DNA from: Chrysomallon squamiferum
Lineage: Eukaryota; Animalia; Mollusca
Assembly (NCBI GenBank): GCA_012295275.1
Contig: CM022676.1
Coordinates: 16,740,001-16,804,000 of the forward strand
Direction: 5' to 3'
Length of the DNA: 64,000 nt
Shown: piece after piece, positions 61,982 to 64,000 of the stretch
Numbering within the stretch: the stretch's first letter is position 1
Layout of the letters: each line of letters opens with the position of its first letter
Made by a program: the position numbers and the translations under genes
The notes under the pieces: model-generated
The model's database searches: none
Told to the model about the DNA's origin: nothing
Seen by the model: only the letters and a program-made list of their open reading frames with translations

Positions 61982-63972
61982 CATTTCTGGCAATTTTTTT
62001 CTCACCCTTACTAATTGGTGTTCTGTCACCTTAATTAATGGCCCATCAACTGACTTGATGTATTTTTGTTAAACAGTATTTTGTCCGCAATTTGAAAGCA
62101 ATTCAGTCACACTTTACACACGAAATGTCCCAGAAAGCTTTTCACCCCAACCTGACAAGTAGGAAGCCGTGTCCCGAGTACACGTGACGTACTCCAATCC
62201 CAGATGGAAGAGCTGTGCTTGTCTTCTGGTAGTATTTCCTCACGCCAGTTTTCCCAATTCTGGAAGCGGATTATAACACCTCACCGCTTTCCTGCCAGTG
62301 TTGGGAACATACCACATACAACACGCAAACAAACTTTAAAATAGTGTGAATTTTATATAAAATGAAAATTAAAAAACAACCCCCCCAAAAACAAAACAAC
62401 AAAGCAGTTGATATAAATAAGTAATATTAAATGTTATATATTATTATAGATTAATTTAATTTATTTACAAATTTGTCTTCCTGTTATGCAAGATCACGCG
62501 CGTAACAAATTACAATTGATTTTAAAACAATTTTAAAAAGCTGTTTTGCCCCATCCCCGAATATTTCAGTATACTCGTCACAGCTTTTTTGACGAATCTC
62601 GCCCAGCATATCAAATTAAATCTGTAACGTGTCTGTTTTGTTTATGTAGGTGAGATAAAAATAGCGTGTCACTGATACACGAGATACACTAAAGTACACC
62701 CAGTGTTATTATTACATCTTACACAGCGCCTACTGTTTTACTAGGTTAGAGCTTGACAGACTATTCTAAGTGACTGTCATACGTGTAAACTGTTTTGTGT
62801 GTATATGTGTGTCTTCATCTTTTCAGATGTGTGTTTGTACATTTCTGTTTATGTGTCTATGTAAATTTATGTCTACATGTGTATGTTTATGGGTGTATGT
62901 CTGTATGTATAGACATATTTATTTACTTACAGAGTGTTACAACAAGGATGTAGAAACACGAATCCCGTAGTAACATAATACCTCCATTATTTCTATTAGT
63001 AGCTATCAAAGTGTAACGAGCGCTTTACCACTGATAGGACAACACAGACAACAGACATGAAAAACATCACCTTGACATAAAACAGATGACACTCTTTTCA
63101 AAAAAAAATATAAGAATTTCTAGATACCTTTCTCATCCAATACACTCATGATTATATTAATCATTTAGTAAGAGCTCAATGTACTTTCATTATATCTTTC
63201 ACGCAAGAAACGATATGATTATATAAAAGTAAAATTCATTGAGTATTTACTAATTTACATGTTGATAACGCATTCACACAGCGCCGTTGTATTATAAATG
63301 GTTGCGTACTGTAGTCACACGTAATGCTATTTTAAGTAATACTACTAATGATATGATTATTTTTAAGAATCAATTATTTTCATGTGTTTTGTTTTAGAGA
63401 AAGTAAAGATATTTATTTCCCAAATTCTGAATTTGCTGAAGAATTTATCCAAACTGACTGAATCGGTATAGATGTTCATAGGAGAATATCCTGTAATTGA
63501 ACATTCAAATATAAGAATTGTTCACAGAATCGCACACACTCACACAAACACACATACACACATACACACACTCAGACACACACACACACACGCACACACA
63601 TACGCACTCCCAATCACATTTAGAAACTCTCACGCAAGTATCTACGGATATCTCAGATTTGTGCAGTGTATATAATGGCAAATTATTTTGAATAAATAAT
63701 TAGAGACAGATAGGTAGATTAAGATTTGTGGACAGACAGGTAGACAGACTACCACACAGAAAGGTTTTCTTCACTGTTCTTGATAACAATACTTGTTTTG
63801 TTTCATCCGTGTGATACGTTCCACTTCAGCTACTAGTAACAAACAGGTGTGCGATAATCAGTTAAACTGCGTCAGTCAACGTGTTATGTACATTATGAAA
63901 CGAATCAGGATCTGATTTAATTTAGTTGTGTTTGATGCAGAGAGACTGATGTAGTCAGTTTTTAGGAAACAC

Positions 63973-64000
63973 ATGTCTTTCTTTACGTGTATCTGGATTT
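63973..64000 (+). CDS. Start of a further signal-peptide exon (MSFFTCIWI...), cut by the window edge; probable gene C
   Basis: Homologous to 9565 and 57088 leaders, preceded by the same ~1-kb upstream block as gene B. Confidence 0.7.

Noticed and set aside
62080-62320. GC-richer insert specific to the last duplicated unit
   Set aside because: No recognisable protein or RNA motif; cannot be classified without a search.

Overview
AT-rich, microsatellite-laden animal genomic DNA with GT-AG introns; a mollusc or other lophotrochozoan is my inference from repeat content and Ig-domain style. The window holds part of a tandem (+ strand) cluster of immune-receptor-like genes. (A) 3' end of an upstream paralogue: TM exon plus 3 cytoplasmic exons, 3057-5516. 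(B) A complete 25-exon gene, 9565-38390, encoding about 1408 aa: signal peptide - 7 group-A SRCR domains (each split over 2 exons) - (Ig-Ig-FN3)x2 - TM - short tail with an ITAM-like YDNL-x12-YEVL pair. It has a single 1-nt deletion in an A-run in SRCR2 (sequencing error or real frameshift). (C) A ~21-kb mosaic of duplicated promoter/leader/intron-1 blocks (42.6-64 kb) with two more intact signal-peptide exons (57088, 63973) and one copy whose leader exon was deleted, but no ectodomain exons in between. Also present: decayed LINE fragments, MITE-like hairpins, minisatellites and microsatellites. Exon boundaries were assigned by hand from splice sites, reading phase and paralogue comparison; no database search was run. 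Most ORFs in the supplied track are low-complexity artefacts.
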